DNA of 64,000 nucleotides from Rhynchobatus australiae (GCA_034780895.1 JAUZTB010000001.1:109464729-109528728); one strand, 5' to 3'. Positions 12,870 through 28,428 are shown, counted from the first letter of the stretch. Notes: generated by a model from the sequence alone, not told the origin. Program-made: numbers and translations.

Positions 12870-15109
12870 CTAAAGAGAGAAAAAGATTCACCGAATCAAA
12901 AAAGCTCTAAATTTACATCCTGAATTATGATACATGCTGCTTACCAGAACAAATTTGCTGCAACTTCTGCTATGGTTGATCAAAAAGAAAATAAAAACGG
13001 AAATTTCCCCTAAATTATGTGGCAATTCAAGAATAGCATCACATACAAATCTAGAAGTCACATTGGTATTTTTGTTGTAGTAAACAACACGTGCAGAGTA
13101 TAGAATATATCATACAAGTCTTTCTTCTTTGTGTATGTGTATTTTACACTTTTACTCACATTAAACAGTGCAGCTCAATTTTTAACAAAACAGCCCAAGA
13201 ACACCATTTATTTTAAAGAATTATGACATTACTCAAACAGTACTCGAATCTCTTCACTGAGAAGCAATGCAGAGATCACCCAGAGAAAAGCCAATGCCGT
13301 CTCCAAACTCTCCTTCAGGCAAGATCAAACGTTACGAACCCAGAACCACCTCTCATTATTGTACACTTCCATTAAATTGCTGATAGTTTTCTTGCTGTTC
13401 AGTGGATCAGCTTCCCACACCCGCTCACTCCAACCAGGCTGCATTCAGACAACCATCTGGCACAGTTCACTTGCTGGTAACAACTCCTATCACCTGTGCT
13501 CGCTCACCTTCCAGTCAGTACACAAGGACTGTTGAGGCTAAAGATTTCACATTATGATTTGGGGGGAAATTGTTTGTTTTTGACCTTCAGAAAATTCAGT
13601 TCAGACAGTTTTCAGGAACAGATCCCTTGCATAAACCCAGGGAACCCTGTATACTAAAAAAGAAGTTAACCCAGGACTAAACTTCATGAAATGCAACTTC
13701 ATATTTTTCTCAAAACCAAAAACATGCACACAAGACAACTACACTCTATTTCCAGCCCTAAAACAAACTTGTTCATTTTGCTACCACTTCTCTTATTTCA
13801 TCAATATGGATTTTGCTGACAAAATTATTATGAGGCATCAATCACCTTGGTTCATAAAAAAACAAATTTCAAGTTAGTTAATCATCTCTGCTAGCATTCC
13901 TTTATTAACCAATACTTGTCCAATTTTTTGCTGAACAACTACCCTGAGCAATCCCTGGTTGCTTATCCTTGCATCCTTTTTGACCAAGAGCTCAATATTT
14001 TCAATTCCCCATCATCTGGCACTTCCCCTGCATCTAGGAGTGATTAGAATACTGCAGGCAGTGCCTCCAGAGTTTCAACATCAACATTCCTAAGCAAACT
14101 AAGATTCATCCCATTCAGGTCTGGAGAAGAGTATTGCCAGGCAACCTAATACCTCCTGATTAGCCTATCCAGTACCTCAATCACCTCATCTTTAACTTTG
14201 GCATGGCAGTCTCTTCTTCATTAGTAAACTATCCATTCTATCTAACTCCATTGTCTTATTCCTATAAAATGGGTCTTAAAACTATCTTCCACTTACTTTT
14301 TCAAAGCTGTTACAAATATTGCTTCTACACTGTTTTTGGCATGCCATGCAGTCCTATCATCCCTTTGTTCTGAAGTTTATGTTTGTAATACAGCTTAAAA
14401 AAATTGGTGATAATTTTATACCCTCGGTTTCAATATATTCATTAGTGGAAAATAGATTTTCCCATTTTGTCTCACATGACTATTCACATCATTTGTAACT
14501 TTATATCAGTGCCTCGTAACATTCTTGTATCATATTCCTAGAAAGAGCAACAGGTATCAATCAGGTGTCTAATAGCCTGTTTTGGCCTCCATGCGGTTGC
14601 AGCAACGAGTTTCTAAAAAATTCCGAGCAAAATCTGCAATGTGGAGGTCAAAACAATATAGAAACAAATTGTTCTAGGTGGCAAATAATGGCTTTGTGCA
14701 TTCATGATTACGTTCTCACTACACAAAAAAAGCTCACAACATCTTGTCAACCTTGCTGCCACAGCCTGTCCTCAAGAAAGAGAACAGACCATAAGTGGCA
14801 ATAGGCTGCAGGTAGTGGAAATTAAGGCTCATCAATAACCATTGGCCTGCTGACAAAAGGCATTTTCCATTATTTCTAAATGTCTGTGATCAGAGATATT
14901 TAGAAACAATTAAGAAACATTAATCTGAAAAAGCATTCTAAAATTATAAACTAAATTCATAAATTGAATGTTTTCAAATACAATTTAATTAAATCATTAT
15001 TAAAAGGTCACCAACTCTATTTAAATGAAAAAGGCAATACTAATTTTGGCTGGTGTAAAGCTGAGCAGCCAAATCAACATTCACCCCTCAGGAGCAACAT
15101 CCACCCCTC

Positions 15110-16200
15110 AGCTCAGTACATTGTACAATGATTGGATGCACTGCTACCAGACATCCAGATAGTTCCATAACTCCACTTTGCAGTCCACTGGCTCCGAAAT
15201 CCACTGCATGTTGATACTTGCACCATAGCTAGCTGGCACTTCTCTACAGAACTCTGGCCAGTCATCAGCACAATTCCAACCATCCATACGAGTAGACAGG
15301 ATTGATTAAACTGAGGTAAAGTTGAGTCTGTTCGTGAATGGTGGTGGACAATTAAACAGCTAATAAAAGGAGTCTCCAAGTTCTCCACCTTCAATGACAG
15401 CCGGGCCCAAACACGTGAATGGGGTTGAGAGGGAAAAATAAATCAGCCATGATCAAATGGCGGAGCAGACTTGAAGGGCTGAACAGACTCAAAGGGCTAA
15501 ATGGTCTAATTCTGCTCCTTTGTCTTATGGTAGTCTTATGGAGTGCTAAAGACTGAAGCATTCTAAACCATGTTCAACCAAAAATGTCAAACAAATGATT
15601 CATTTCAGCTTCTTCCCGAGATTACCACCACCTTCACAGAAACCAGTCTCCAACCAATTCGATTCACTTCACCTAATAACAAGAAATGGTGGAATACTGA
15701 GGCCAGACAACATCCCAGCTGTAATACTAAAGACCTGTACTCCAGAATCAGCTGCACTTCTAACCAACCTGTTCCAGTTCATCACTGGTCTCTACCTAAC
15801 AATGTGGAAAATTTTCTAGGTATGTCTGGTTCACAATGAGTAGGACCAACCTGTGCCAGCTAGTTACTTCCTAATTAGCCCACTCTCAATCAGCCAAGTG
15901 ATGGAAGTAATCAACTGGCATGCTATCAAAGGCATTTACCATTTTTCACGAAATCATGAGCAGTAGGTACAGGGTAGAACACTGGTTACAGGTTGCCCCC
16001 CCCTAGTCACACAACATTCCACCCTCAAAGTATATTGCCAATCTATTATCGTCACACAATCTAAATCCTTGGAGTTGATACTCACATTATAGGAGTATCG
16101 TAACCAGATGGACTGCAACAATTTCAGAAGGTGGAGCCTCACCACCACCTCATGGGCAACAAGGGATGTGCAATAAATGCTTGTCTTTCCAGTGATGCCA
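15110..16200 (+). mobile_element. Old CR1/L2-group LINE fragments with a nested CR1 tail at about 15420-15540
   Basis: RPDNIPAVILKTCTPESAALLTNLFQ in ORF 15595..15819 matches the GPD.IP..LK.C..EL..PL..LF motif upstream of the RT domain. Confidence 0.7.
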
Positions 16201-17849
16201 AGATCCCGAAAATGAATTTAATAGTAAAGGAAAATTTAAAAAGCTCCATCACATGATACTCAACCCAATGAGATTTCAGTACCGACAACCTCTGCCTTAT
16301 GGCCATTAGGGTAAGAGAAATTCACCCTTACAGAATTCACAAATCACTACCCAACAATTTCAGAGACCGAATAAAATTCACTCTCATGGAACTTGTGGGG
16401 AAAAAAAGGTAAATAAAACACAATTTTTCTTCAACTCCCATTTCTTTACGAATGAGCAGATGACAAAGTTTTTAGTTACAGAAAATCATGATGAGGATCA
16501 CTTTCTAGAAATGCAACCCCCCCCCCCCCCTCATTAGGCAGGGGTCACCTGTACACGAATGTCTACTTGTAGGTCTAAGGCCATGTTGGGAGAAAGTCCA
16601 AATGATAATAATTTCTCTGACTTACAACACCACACTATTACATGAATAACAACAACTACAAGGACACATGCACTTGAAGGATTCAATGTTCTTTTGATGT
16701 AAACTAAACTAACCAACTGGGTTTCAAAGTGAATATCATTTCACCCACAACTTCTATACATCAGTTAAAAGACAGACTTCCCATTTGGTTCCTGGAAAGA
16801 TTCAGCACAGCCTACAAAATGCAGAACAATGCCACATTTAGTGTGTGGTCTAAAATTGCCAAATGGCATTTGCTAATGAGTTTATTCATCTGGAGGGAAT
16901 ACCTTGAGACTAGCTGTCTCATCAAGCTTTTAAACCTTGACAACAGTACTTCTGGAACACAATAAGATGAGCAAACCACCTTGAATTTCCCATATTACAA
17001 ATTATTTTGAAAGCACTATGAAGTACATTATGGATAAGAACTTATAAGAAAAGTGATTTCAGCATTATATTAAGCCATAAGTCTACCCAAATTATATTAT
17101 GTAATGCAGTGCATTTCAAATACCCTCAAATGTCTTCATAAGAGAAGCTAGTGACAACAATGAATACATTGATTAGTGTTAATAAGGTGCAGTGCATTTT
17201 CAAATTGAAAGAAGCAAATGTGTTTAATGAAGCCAATGGGAACTTGAGTTCGTATTCAAATTGATAATAATTATCTCCTTCATATTGTTATATTATATCA
17301 CTGTGGACTGTGAGTGCTTAAATTTACCTTTCTTATATTTATATTTGCAATGCCACCTTGCATAATGAACCTGAAAGCAGTGCCTTTTACTAGGTCTTGA
17401 ACAGTCACTCGAATTTATGGAAAATGCAGCAGCCAAAACTAGTGCTCTAACATTATACCTAATGACATCGTAATACAGAACAAATAACTACTACATGGGC
17501 AGCCTAAGATTTTAGAGCTCCACTGTCAAAGGAAGTATCTGCCTAATATGATATCTGATTTTCCTGCAGAGAACATTACAGTTTACTGAAAGAAAACTTT
17601 ATATTCTCACAACAGGCAGTTTCTGTACCACTCCAATGACTTTTCATTAGAAAGCAGCAGAACTGTCACTGTCTCATTATTATAATACAGAGCACAATGA
17701 GGGAAATAACTTTTCAAGAAATGAGAGGGAACAATGAAGAAAAGTCACAGTATGGTTTAGAGAACTAAAAAGGTGAGAAAAACTTAAGTAATAAAAAACA
17801 ACAAGATCAGCGGAGAGAGAAAACAAAGTGTTAGAACTATGAGAATAAA

Positions 17850-18750
17850 GAAAACTGCAGTAGCTCAGAATCTAAAATAAAAGAGAACCTGAGAATACCC
17901 AACAGAAAAGGAAAAATCTGTGGAAAGAGAACAAAAAATGTTAATATTACTGGTTATTGACCTTCCATAAAACTGGAAAGGTTGTGCATCTGAAATTGTT
18001 GAATTCAAAGCTGAGTCCTGAAAGCTGCAATGTGTCCTGTTGGAAGATCAGATTACATTTCTTAAAAGTTCTGTTGGCTTCATTAGAACAATGTGAGAGG
18101 CCAAAAGCAGAAGTCAGAGTGGAGTGGGATGGAGAATTAAAGTGACAGGCAACTGGAATCACTCTTGCATACCGAGAAAAGGTATACCGCCAAGCAGTCA
18201 TTCAATCGGCATTAAAGAGGAAACCATATCTGTGCATCAAATTTACTGCACAAAATTGGAAAATAAGTACAGCTCTTCTTCATCTGGAGGGAATAATTGA
18301 GTCCCCAGATGGTGAGAAGGGAAGTGCTGAAACATCTGCAGTTACATGGAAAGGTGCCATTGGCAAGGGGAGTTAGTGTCGTTGGAGATGGAAAAGCAAA
18401 TCAGTAAGTTTCAGAGGGAATACAGAAAGAGAAAGCAAAGGTATGTTCAGATTATGGCATCACATTGAAGGTGTTGCAAATCTGTTGAATGTGGAGAGAT
18501 ACAGAAGTTGAGAAAGATGGATCTTGTAAAAGTGAGAGCAGGATGAAATTGACATTAAAGGGTAACAAAGATTTCAAGGAGTGACTATAGCACAGAATAG
18601 TGCAGCCATGTGTCATGGTGCTATCACTACATGATTTGAGATTGGTTACATACCTGTTTTTTAAAAAAAAAACTATATAGCAGATACATGTACAAAGATG
18701 GGGCAAACAGGGGAACTAGTTCCTTCAGTCATCACTAATTATGTTAAGAA
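17850..18750 (-). mobile_element. Penelope-like element remnant
   Basis: ORF 17947..18201(-) PVACHFNSPSHS...GLSHCSNEA...LIF...TLQ.SG...EFNNFR resembles the Penelope GIY-YIG endonuclease C-terminus. Confidence 0.8.
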
Positions 18751-19759
18751 TGTGTGCCACGGCTACAACAAGCATGTTTAACATTCCTTCAAGAGAAGTT
18801 ACATTTAAAGACATGCATTTGGTGACAATGCATAAACAAATAAGGTTTGGAAAAGTTTAGATCAAGTGCACAGTGGTCTTCAGTGGGAGAAGCATAGAAC
18901 ATGAATAAATTGTACTTCTCAGAAAAATTACTAACTAAAATCTCTGACACTGCTGCGCGGGTTTAAATATTCAACATAATACCAGCTCCCCACACCAAAG
19001 TTGGGAAGTACACAATTATTTTTAGATTGGTCTTTGCCTTCTCCTCCTAGAGTAAGGATTCTACTCTAGTTTCAGTAAGTTTCAGTTAGAGCTCCCCAAT
19101 TAAGAAATGTGCTTTTAGGACAAAATAATTTATTTACACTGGATATCAGAAGCCGGAATAAAATTAAGAACATTATTTTTGACAACAATGAAGTTAATTA
19201 TCAGGTTTTCTTTGGGTCAGTATGAAAGGTGGCTCTTCTCTGTCAATGTACAAAACATATACAAAAATAAAACACAATGGGGACCACTTCGTCAAAGCTG
19301 GACATGGGCAGAATGGGCCATGGACCAATTTTAATTGTCCAATAGAGTCAGAGAAAAATGTATCATGTTTTACTGCACCCTTGCCCCCCCCACCCCCCCC
19401 NNNNNNNNNNNNNNNNNNNNNNNNNNNNNNNNNNNNNNNNNNNNNNNNNNNNNNNNNNNNNNNNNNNNNNNNNNNNNNNNNNNNNNNNNNNNNNNNNNNN
19501 CAACCTACCCAACTTTTCCTAATTGGTGCAGGTGTTAATCTGATCAGCACCACTCCAAGAGATTATGTTAAATTCAGATGGACTGCGCATTGGACACATT
19601 GGCCCAGACATCTGAATTAAAACAGATTATGAGTGTGGTCTTGCAACCAGTGAAACAAATTGGATACTGCAAAGGCTAAAACTTGTACTCTAATACTAAA
19701 ACATAGGTAATGTACAAATAATAATAAACCAACACAGAATCTTCAAACAATTCTCTCAC

Positions 19760-19850
19760 CTACTGTATACCAGCTTGCATCTGTCAGTTTATTGATGGCA
19801 GCCTCTTGATAAGAGCCATCAGATCCTTTCACCTCAACCGATGCTCCAAT
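19760..19850 (-). CDS. ARID4A: ARID4A coding exon 4 ([30 protein letters not shown])
   Basis: 91 nt, tag/gtgaga, phase 0-1; [10 protein letters not shown] motif. Confidence 0.96.
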
Positions 19851-22800
19851 CTACAGCATAATAAAAAGCACTTTGAATCAAAAATGCACCCACATATAAA
19901 ACTTGCAATACAACGATCAGGTGCACGAAACTATACAGTATATCATTAATGAAGCACACAACATCTAAAGATATCCAAAACTAAGTTGCAACAAAACAAA
20001 TCATCACCTTCAAGAATTACATTATATACCAAATATGAATTACTACAAATTATATCAATTATTATGCAATTTTTTTTGGACTTAAATAAATTACTGATTC
20101 GAAGAAATTAGTGTTACATCAAGTATGGCATTCTCTTACAAAGTTACGTGAAGTACTTGTACAGCATGGATGATACACTGAATTGATGCTCTATTGCTAA
20201 GAGCCTGGGTACCCAATCACTTCATATTACCACAAAAATCAAAGAACAAAATATTTAAAACATTTTTCCCCGTGGAGGTGTGTGCACTTAGTTTTAAAAG
20301 GAAGGAATCAGTTAAGACCCATCAAGCAATCTCCTCTAGCATTTGAATCAAGAACAATATTGCCAAAGGACTGAGAATATGATGTTCTTTCATAGGACTA
20401 GCTCAGAGAAAGGATTACAAGTCCATATTGGGCTATTTAATGAACCTCCTGTGGATGGTAGCTTATCTTAGTCACATCACCATCAAATGTGCACGGAGCA
20501 GATGATTGTAATATGGTAAATTGTATAATTAGGCTTACTAGAGTTGCACCAAGGTACGCTTCATACACCTGTGGTGATCAACCTCGAGAGTGTCAGATTA
20601 ACCCGCAGAAACAGGATCACTCATGCAATCAAAGGGCCTGAACCTCCTGAGATGTCTTTATCATTGTTACTCTGACCATGCTCTGATATTAGACTCATCA
20701 TAGAGTACAGAAGTATAGTGTCAACTTCCTGCAGTTTCCCAGCAGTTACTGCGATGGAGACTAATGGGGTGGAGAAGAACAGCTCCATGGAAGAGAAGAA
20801 AGCCAAAAGTAATCTAAATTTATTGAATTAATTAAGTTATCCAAGTTAATTAAGTACAATTATATTTAAATACATATTAACTGGCTTAATTATATTTCAT
20901 TTAAAAATGTCTTATTTTTAAATTTCAATCATTTCAATAGCATAATCAATTTAATAGTTTTTTTTAATATATTTCAACATTTGTTAATGTAAGAAACATT
21001 CACAAGCATTCAAAGTCTTTTGACAACCAACAAGCCTGAGGGATATGTTAACTGCCTGGCAATACTATTTTAAGGGCAGGCCTTACATTTTTGATATGCA
21101 AAAGCTCTTGAACATTAGCATCTAAATTCAGAGGCAAAGTTCCTATTGCAGGCGAGTGTGGGCTGGACCAAACCAACATGTTTCACATGTTCACAAGCCC
21201 CATGGTTGATGACACTGTTAAATGCCATAGTAACATCAAGTGGCTGCAGGCACATGTTCATAGGCCCGATGGTCATCTCTTGTCCTGGTTTACTATGTTT
21301 TAAAAATAATACAAAATTTCAGTTGCAATAAAAAAGAATCCTTTTATTCTCTAGAAGTGTGCTCATGTGGAATTAGATATCTCAGTTTAAGCAAGCCCAC
21401 TATGATAGCACAAGAGTAGAAGGTGGCCTGTTCCACCATATAATAAGAACACAGCTGATTAGCAACATAATTCCATAAGTCCACCTTTTACTCATAACTG
21501 TCTTTCAAATGCCTTTGAAAGGATTTTATACCAATTTTAAGTTTAAAATTAGGAATTCTAAATTGCTATACCCTCTAGGTGTAGAAGTGCTTTTTATCTT
21601 AACCCCCAAAGGCCTGGCTCCAACTTTTACGAAATACCTACCAGTGCTACACTCCCCAGCTGGTGGGAAATATTTCTCCCACATTGTGCTTACCATCTAT
21701 AACCTTCTAAATTCAACCCTAATTGTGGTAATCTCTCCTCTCAACTTTATCTTGTGGAATCCAGAATTCATTCTGGTAAATTTGCACTCTCCATATCCTT
21801 CCAAAGCACTGGTATACAGAAATACCATAGATATGATCAAATCAGGGCTTGATTGTGCTCCAGCCCTCTAAATATAAACAATGAGGCATTTCTTTAACCA
21901 TCTTAATTATGAAATTTTAACAATTTATACAGATCAGCAGCATTCCCCTCCCACCCCTACTCCCAAACACACCTCAACAAATCTCGATGGATCTCCATTG
22001 CTACTGATTTTACTCACTTCTAGCATTTTCTGGACAATACATTTGCTGAAGGTAATACCCATTTACCACAGTCTTGTCCATTCATTTAACCTGAATAGCT
22101 TTGCGGGTTAACACTTTCATCTTCCAACGCCACCTATTTTTGTACCCTCAGCAAACTTGAAATACTTGCATTTAATAATTGGAAATCTTTTTGACACCTT
22201 TTCCCTACACATTAAAAGCAGTTCGTTTTACATAGAAAATTAAGTGACCTGGAATAACATCAGATCAAGAATTCTTTCCATTTAGCTAATCTAGTGGCAC
22301 TGTGATAATGAGAACAATAGATATCATAAAATGTGGCAAAGATGCCCAAGCCTTTTTTTTGTGTACATGTACAATTTTGATTTTTTTTCAAATGTCACGA
22401 CCACAGTGGGTATAAAGGACAAATGTATCACCTCTACATTAATCTACGTCATATAAACTCATGAAGCAAATTCTCCTCTTAAAAAAGCTAATGATTAACG
22501 CAAGTCAGTTTCTGCTCTTATCAATGAGTAACAAACCAGGTAACCTAACCTTAGAATTAGGCTGATATGAAATCATACTTGGTAAATGGATCTCTTCAGT
22601 AAGTTTTCAAGCATTACACTGAAGTTTAAACACAAAAATAAAGCATCTAAAAGTAGAAATTAAGATGACTTGATTTTTTTTAAAAAGTTAGAACTGGTTC
22701 CACTATAACTTTTTTAAAATGAGTTTTCTGTGAATCATGAATGGACATAAAGCCCATTTTGTAGATACCAGTGCAACTGATACATACGTAATCATCCCTA

Positions 22801-23480
22801 CAGTACTATGCCCCTAATGTGACTACCAATAACACAATTCAGTAGCCCAACATTGTCACAAACCAGATTAATCAATGAATAATAGTGTTATTCTGATTCT
22901 AGTGTCAGTTAAAAAAAAATCCAGAAGGATGGAATTTAGTAGTACCAATTGATCAAATTTGATTTAAGTATATCTATTTCTGAGTTTTATTTGAGACAAT
23001 TTTTTCTGCCTCCAAACTACTAAATAAATATAGACTGGATTCTGTTCATGTGTGCTATTTCAGTATTGTACAATCATTTATTGCATAGGCAGCCAGTCAT
23101 CCTGGGAATTTATTTTCCCACATAATTCAAATCTGAATCAAACAGGAAATAATATTAAATATTTTAACTCTGATTAAATCCAGAACAAATTGGAGGTGGA
23201 GCTCAGTGAGGACAGGTTATAGGCCAGTTGGACAATACAGGATCTCTCTACTGGCTTTTTTTGGATAATCTGATATAGAGTCAATCCTAGGAGAAAGGAA
23301 GCATCTTGGGATTAGATGTTGATATAAGCAATGGCAGTGAGATGTAGATACAACCAGTTAATGTGGCAGAAGTGGAAAGAAATGCTCTTGGTAAAAAGTA
23401 GATTTCTGCAAACAAATGCAAGTTTTCTCTATTTCATGTGGAGGAATTCCAGCAGAGCATCAGTGAAAAGCTATACATAC

Positions 23481-23546
23481 CCTCAATGGGCCTTTTACTT
23501 GGTCATCCTGGACAACTTGTGTAGAATTGTCATGCTTAAAGAGCAC
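23481..23546 (-). CDS. ARID4A: ARID4A coding exon 3 (VLFKHDNSTQVVQDDQVKGPLR)
   Basis: 66 nt, tag/gtatgt, phase 0-0; Tudor-region similarity. Confidence 0.96.
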
Positions 23547-23678
23547 CTAGATAACACAATGCCAAAAATAGAATTAGCATACCATAAAATATCCTTCATA
23601 AAAAGCTATTATGATAGAAATTCAAGCCAAAAGTAGTTGAGCAATGGAATGGGATTTTGTTCACCCTAGGCCACATAC

Positions 23679-23789
23679 CTTGACCTTTACCAGTCGCTTC
23701 ACGGTTTTAATCTTTGCCTCGCAGAAGGCACCACGGTACTTGGCACTAACATCTGTCCCCACCGTGAGATAGGCAGGCTCATCGGCTGC
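23679..23789 (-). CDS. ARID4A: ARID4A coding exon 2 ([37 protein letters not shown]), Tudor domain start
   Basis: 111 nt with cag/gtatgt boundaries. AADEPAY and KTVKR match ARID4A rather than ARID4B (ALDEPPY, KTAKR) as I recall them. Confidence 0.97.
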
Positions 23790-25919
23790 CTGTAAGTCAC
23801 AAAAATAAATCTACATTTATTGGAAAACCGACCACATGATAATTATACTTTATTGAAAATGCTTTGGTATAATTTGAAATGTGCAGAAGTACAGGATTCT
23901 AGAATAGTTTTGCGCTTTCAATTCTAGGAGTCAATATACTTGAAGTAATATGCCTTTTTAAAAAATATCCCAGATTCTCTGCCATGAACGAAAGCGACAG
24001 ATGGGAATGGGGCACATAATGACCATTCTAATGTTCCAAGACTTCAACCAGGAAATGGATGCAAGGGAAAGGAGGCACATCATTTCTGCTTTGCTCATAC
24101 AAGAGAAAGAAATTATATTCCTAAGTATTACTGACCCTAAATAAAAAACAAAATTTACTACACCCTCTCAAAGAAGCTCACCTTGATGCTATATGCTAAT
24201 TATAGGGCATTTTAAAATTCTAGACTGCTGGAGTACATATACATGATACAANNNNNNNNNNNNNNNNNNNNNNNNNNNNNNNNNNNNNNNNNNNNNNNNN
24301 NNNNNNNNNNNNNNNNNNNNNNNNNNNNNNNNNNNNNNNNNNNNNNNNNNNAGTGGTCCATTGAGCTCAAGTGTCCAAAGATAAACTATCCCATTTTTAT
24401 TCTGATATATCTCCTTACTGTGACAAATGCAATAATGGAGTGGCTTCTTTAATTCACATGTTCTGGACGTGTCAGAGTCTTAAAAAAATATTGGACTAAG
24501 ATCTTTCAAACCTTTTCTTTACTTTTCAAAATAAATTTAGACTGCATTATTTGGGATCTTTGGAGAAAAAGATATATAGTTTGAAGGCTTCTGATTTACA
24601 CATTCTGGCTTTTATTTCTCTTATAGCCAGGAGAGCTGAGTTGCTTAAATGGAAGTTACTCCGCCCACTCATGTTCAATGGTTACGGGATGTTATGTCAT
24701 ACCTGAACCTAGAGAAGATTCGTTGTTCAGTTTTTGAATCTAACTCAGACTTTCAAACCCTGTGGGGACCTTTTTAGAATTATTTTCAAAATCTTTGATT
24801 TGGTGACTAAAATACAGACATTGGCTGACATTGTTACGTTTCAAGGGATTTTCCTTGTTTTTTTTAAATCAAACAGCTTCGGTTTTTGGTAGTGGGAGTA
24901 GATTTTTTTTAATAAAATATTCCAATTTTTCCTTTATTAACTATTACATGTGATTATTAATTTAGAGTATTGTGATCCTAAGTATGATTTAACACAACAC
25001 ATTCAGTAGTAGTTTTACTCTCTTTTTTGATGCATGTACTCTATTTTTTCAAGGATTTAATAAAAATATTGTAAAGAGAGAAAAATTGAATGATTTACAA
25101 ATAAGCTTTCAAAACAAGATTTTCCACATTTAATTATATGGAAGTCAAAAACAAAAGCACCTTCAGCAAATCTTTGCCTCCGATTTACATTAAAACCACA
25201 AAGTAAAATTAGTTCTGCCTCCTTCTACTGTCATTTAATGGGAAAGAAGTTGTCATAGCTTCAGATGGGCAAAACACTTGCTGACACTAATGTCACATTT
25301 ATACAGATTGGTAGATGATGCAAGTTACTAAACAGTGTGCCTTCAGGGGAGAAGAAATAAATGGAGAGTACACAATTCCCTATTCACTTACAGCACAACA
25401 GTTATGATAGAGGTAATTATGTCCTTATAAAGTTATATTTTCTCCGACTGCCTTATTCACAATACCCTTGTTTTGCATTACTGCAGAACCACAACTGACA
25501 AACTGCCTAAAGATCCCAAATGGTCAGTTAAACAGCCTTTCACGTTCAACTTTCATTTCAAACAGCCACCACTAGTCATCAATTTTACATAAATTAAAAA
25601 CAACTATATTTAGATACAAGTGAAGCAACAACATAACTGTGCACTCCTGCTCTTCATCTTTAAATAAAAAAAAGCTCGTGTAAATGTTATACCCATATTA
25701 CACAGTCAATGCAAGATTCAGTTTTAGTCTTCTACCCAAAGTACATTTCCTTTAATTTGCATTAGCACTGGAGTTTTGAGTGCATCCTTTGTACAAAACA
25801 GGACTTCAAGGAATCTGTGGGGCACATTATTGATCATTTTTAATTCCTTACAAAAATGGAAAATTGTTGTCATTGAAGACCTTAATAACTCAGCATGCAA
25901 TATTACTTTCCTTCCCTCT

Positions 25920-26292
25920 GACTTGATAGAGGTGTACACAATGGTAAGAGGCATAGATCGAGTGGACAGTCAGAGACTTTTTCCCAGAACTACAATGGCG
26001 AACACGAGGGGACATAATTTTAAGGTGATCAGAGGAAGGTATAAGGGGAATGTCAGGGGTAAGTTCTTGTTTTTTTTACACAGAGAGTGGTGGGTGCGTG
26101 GAATGCATTGCCTGCAGAGGTTGTGGGGCAGATAGATTAGGGATATTTAAGACACTCTTAGATAGACACATGAATGATAGAGAAATGGAGGGCTATGTTG
26201 AAGGGAAGGGTTAGATAGATATTAGAGCAGGATAAAGTGTCGGCACAACATTGTGGGCCGAAGTGCCTGTACTGTGCTGCAATGTTCTATGT
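25920..26292 (+). mobile_element. Relatively well-preserved 5'-truncated CR1 LINE 3' end
   Basis: DLIEVYTMVRGIDRVDSQRLFPR...NTRGHNFKV...WNALP-like, then tail gggccgaagtgcctgtactgtgctg...tgttctatgtt. Confidence 0.9.
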
Positions 26293-28428
26293 TAGCATTC
26301 AAATTCTTTAACAAAGTGCATTTTCGTTTAGAGGGATTCTTGTTTAAAAATGGAAAATGAATACTTGGCATACAGAAATACTGGTCAAACCCTACTAACT
26401 GTGGCCAGTAGTTCTAATCAGAACTACCAAAGTTCAACAATCTGAACTAGCCAAGTCCCTAATTTGCACATACGCACTGCAAACGCAGTCTGACCTGACA
26501 TGGGATTTGAAATCCCATCGACTTCAATTGGAATTCTAAACCTGCAGATCTGGAGGCACAGGGAAAGTAGATACCAAGTATTTAGCTAACTTAGTTTAAT
26601 ACTTTTATTCACTTCCTTAAGCAAAGTGTCTTAGTGCATTTTAACTATTATTTGAATCGTTTTAAATTATTTACTTTTAATTTTTGTTTTTAAAGCTGTT
26701 TCTGAACAAGTTTTGAGCCTTCATCAAAGCAGAAATGCTCATCACAGAGCTTATCACAGGTAGTAATAAGACCGACTTATCGTGGCCTAAGAATATAATT
26801 TTTTACCTTCCCACAGCCCAAGAAATCATTTGAGTGCTCCAGATCTGCTCCAGTCATAGAAGAATGAGCAGTCTAGATCACTCTAGCAGCAAGCTGGCAG
26901 ATCTGTTGAGAACCAGTGGCTAGCTGCAGTGCATGCTTCAGTACATCCTGGACTTTAACACCTGTATACTGCTGAACTCTTGTTCCACCCCTTGATTCAT
27001 GATTGAGCACCGAGGTAACTCAGTAATGTGCAAAGCTGAAGAAGTGAATACACCCTTACGATATCCAGTATGACTCCATTCATTTGAATAGGGTGACCAA
27101 GCTTCATTGAAAAAATTATGTTTAGTTGTTTATTTTGCTGTACATTTATGCTTTCAATTAAAAGTAGCTTAGAATTTACAAACAACTTACCTAATGTTCC
27201 AGCTAGATAATTTACTTATACCAATTCCAACTGTTTTCATCATTTAAACAGTAAAAGAGGCTTCTGTCAGCCACTGAAATGTCAAATGCTCAAAGTGCAG
27301 CAACTGAAAAGCTGTTCTAATAAAGGATTGCTGACCTGAAATATTAAATCTCTTTCTCTCCCCAGAAATGCACCCTCACAAGTATAACCATGGGACTAGA
27401 TCAGGCATCTACACATATGCACTGGGAGGGGGAGGGAAGGGGTGGTGTAACACAGGGAGGGTGTGAGAAAAGAAGGGAGGGGAGGTCACATTTTGTGCAA
27501 TTTAGCCCAAACCTTTTGTTAAGAGACCATGTACACATTGACAATGAAAATTCTGGAAATGATAAACTTGTAAGAATAAAGGAATAGTCCAGAATTTGTC
27601 AAGCTTGAATGAACTTCTCCTACTTTCCTGTCAATCCCCATTTACTTTGTCACCCTCAGTGCCCAACATCTTGTTTTCCTCAGTTGTGAATGGCTACACA
27701 GTAAGTAAAGCCAATCTTCTGGAGCAGAGAACTGAGCAATAGAAAAAAAAATTGGTAGTCATTTCAGTCTATTAATTGGCCAACCTGAATCTGAGACTCT
27801 AACCCATAGTTTTGAAGTCCCCAGCCAAAGTAAGGAGCTTTTTGGTATCTGCCTGGTCAAATTATTTAAGTTTCAATGAACATCATCCTTCACTCTTCGA
27901 CGTTGATTATACACTCGGTCATTATTATCTGCATATTTACTATCTGTAGATCCTCGTACTTGCAAGGTCAGTCATATATTTCTGGGAGCGTTGGTAAATA
28001 TTGTTCAGTTCTCCAGATCTTTCTCCATGTACTAGAGGGACACCTGTCTGAGGCTCTGTGTGAGACAGGACCATGCATCCAACCTCTGCCTAATTAGGCA
28101 GCAAGGCTGATGGGTTCCACACCTGGAACTGATCCCATTCTCGCCAGTTTGACAAAGCAACAGCATGGCTCCAAATGTAAAATAGCAGCGGCAATTTGTT
28201 ACTGGCATAAGTTGGGGCTGTGGGATTTGAGAAGCCTCTGATTTACAGAGACCATTAGGTTGGGAGATGATAAAGAATCTCAGCAAGGCACCTCCCTCAC
28301 TTCAAAATCAAAGCAAGTATAAAGCTTCTAGAGCTGCAATTTAGGAATTGGAGGAAGCAACTCACATTAATGCTTTCTACATAGGAGAGGGCCTTTGTTG
28401 AATCCACATTTTCTCTATTTAGCGGTAA

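Noticed and set aside
16517-16530. Poly-C tracts (also about 19385-19400 and 54099-54115) as functional G-quadruplexes
   Set aside because: Simple homopolymers with no supporting context.
23679-23789. ARID4B as the gene identity
   Set aside because: Diagnostic residues ([29 protein letters not shown]) fit ARID4A.
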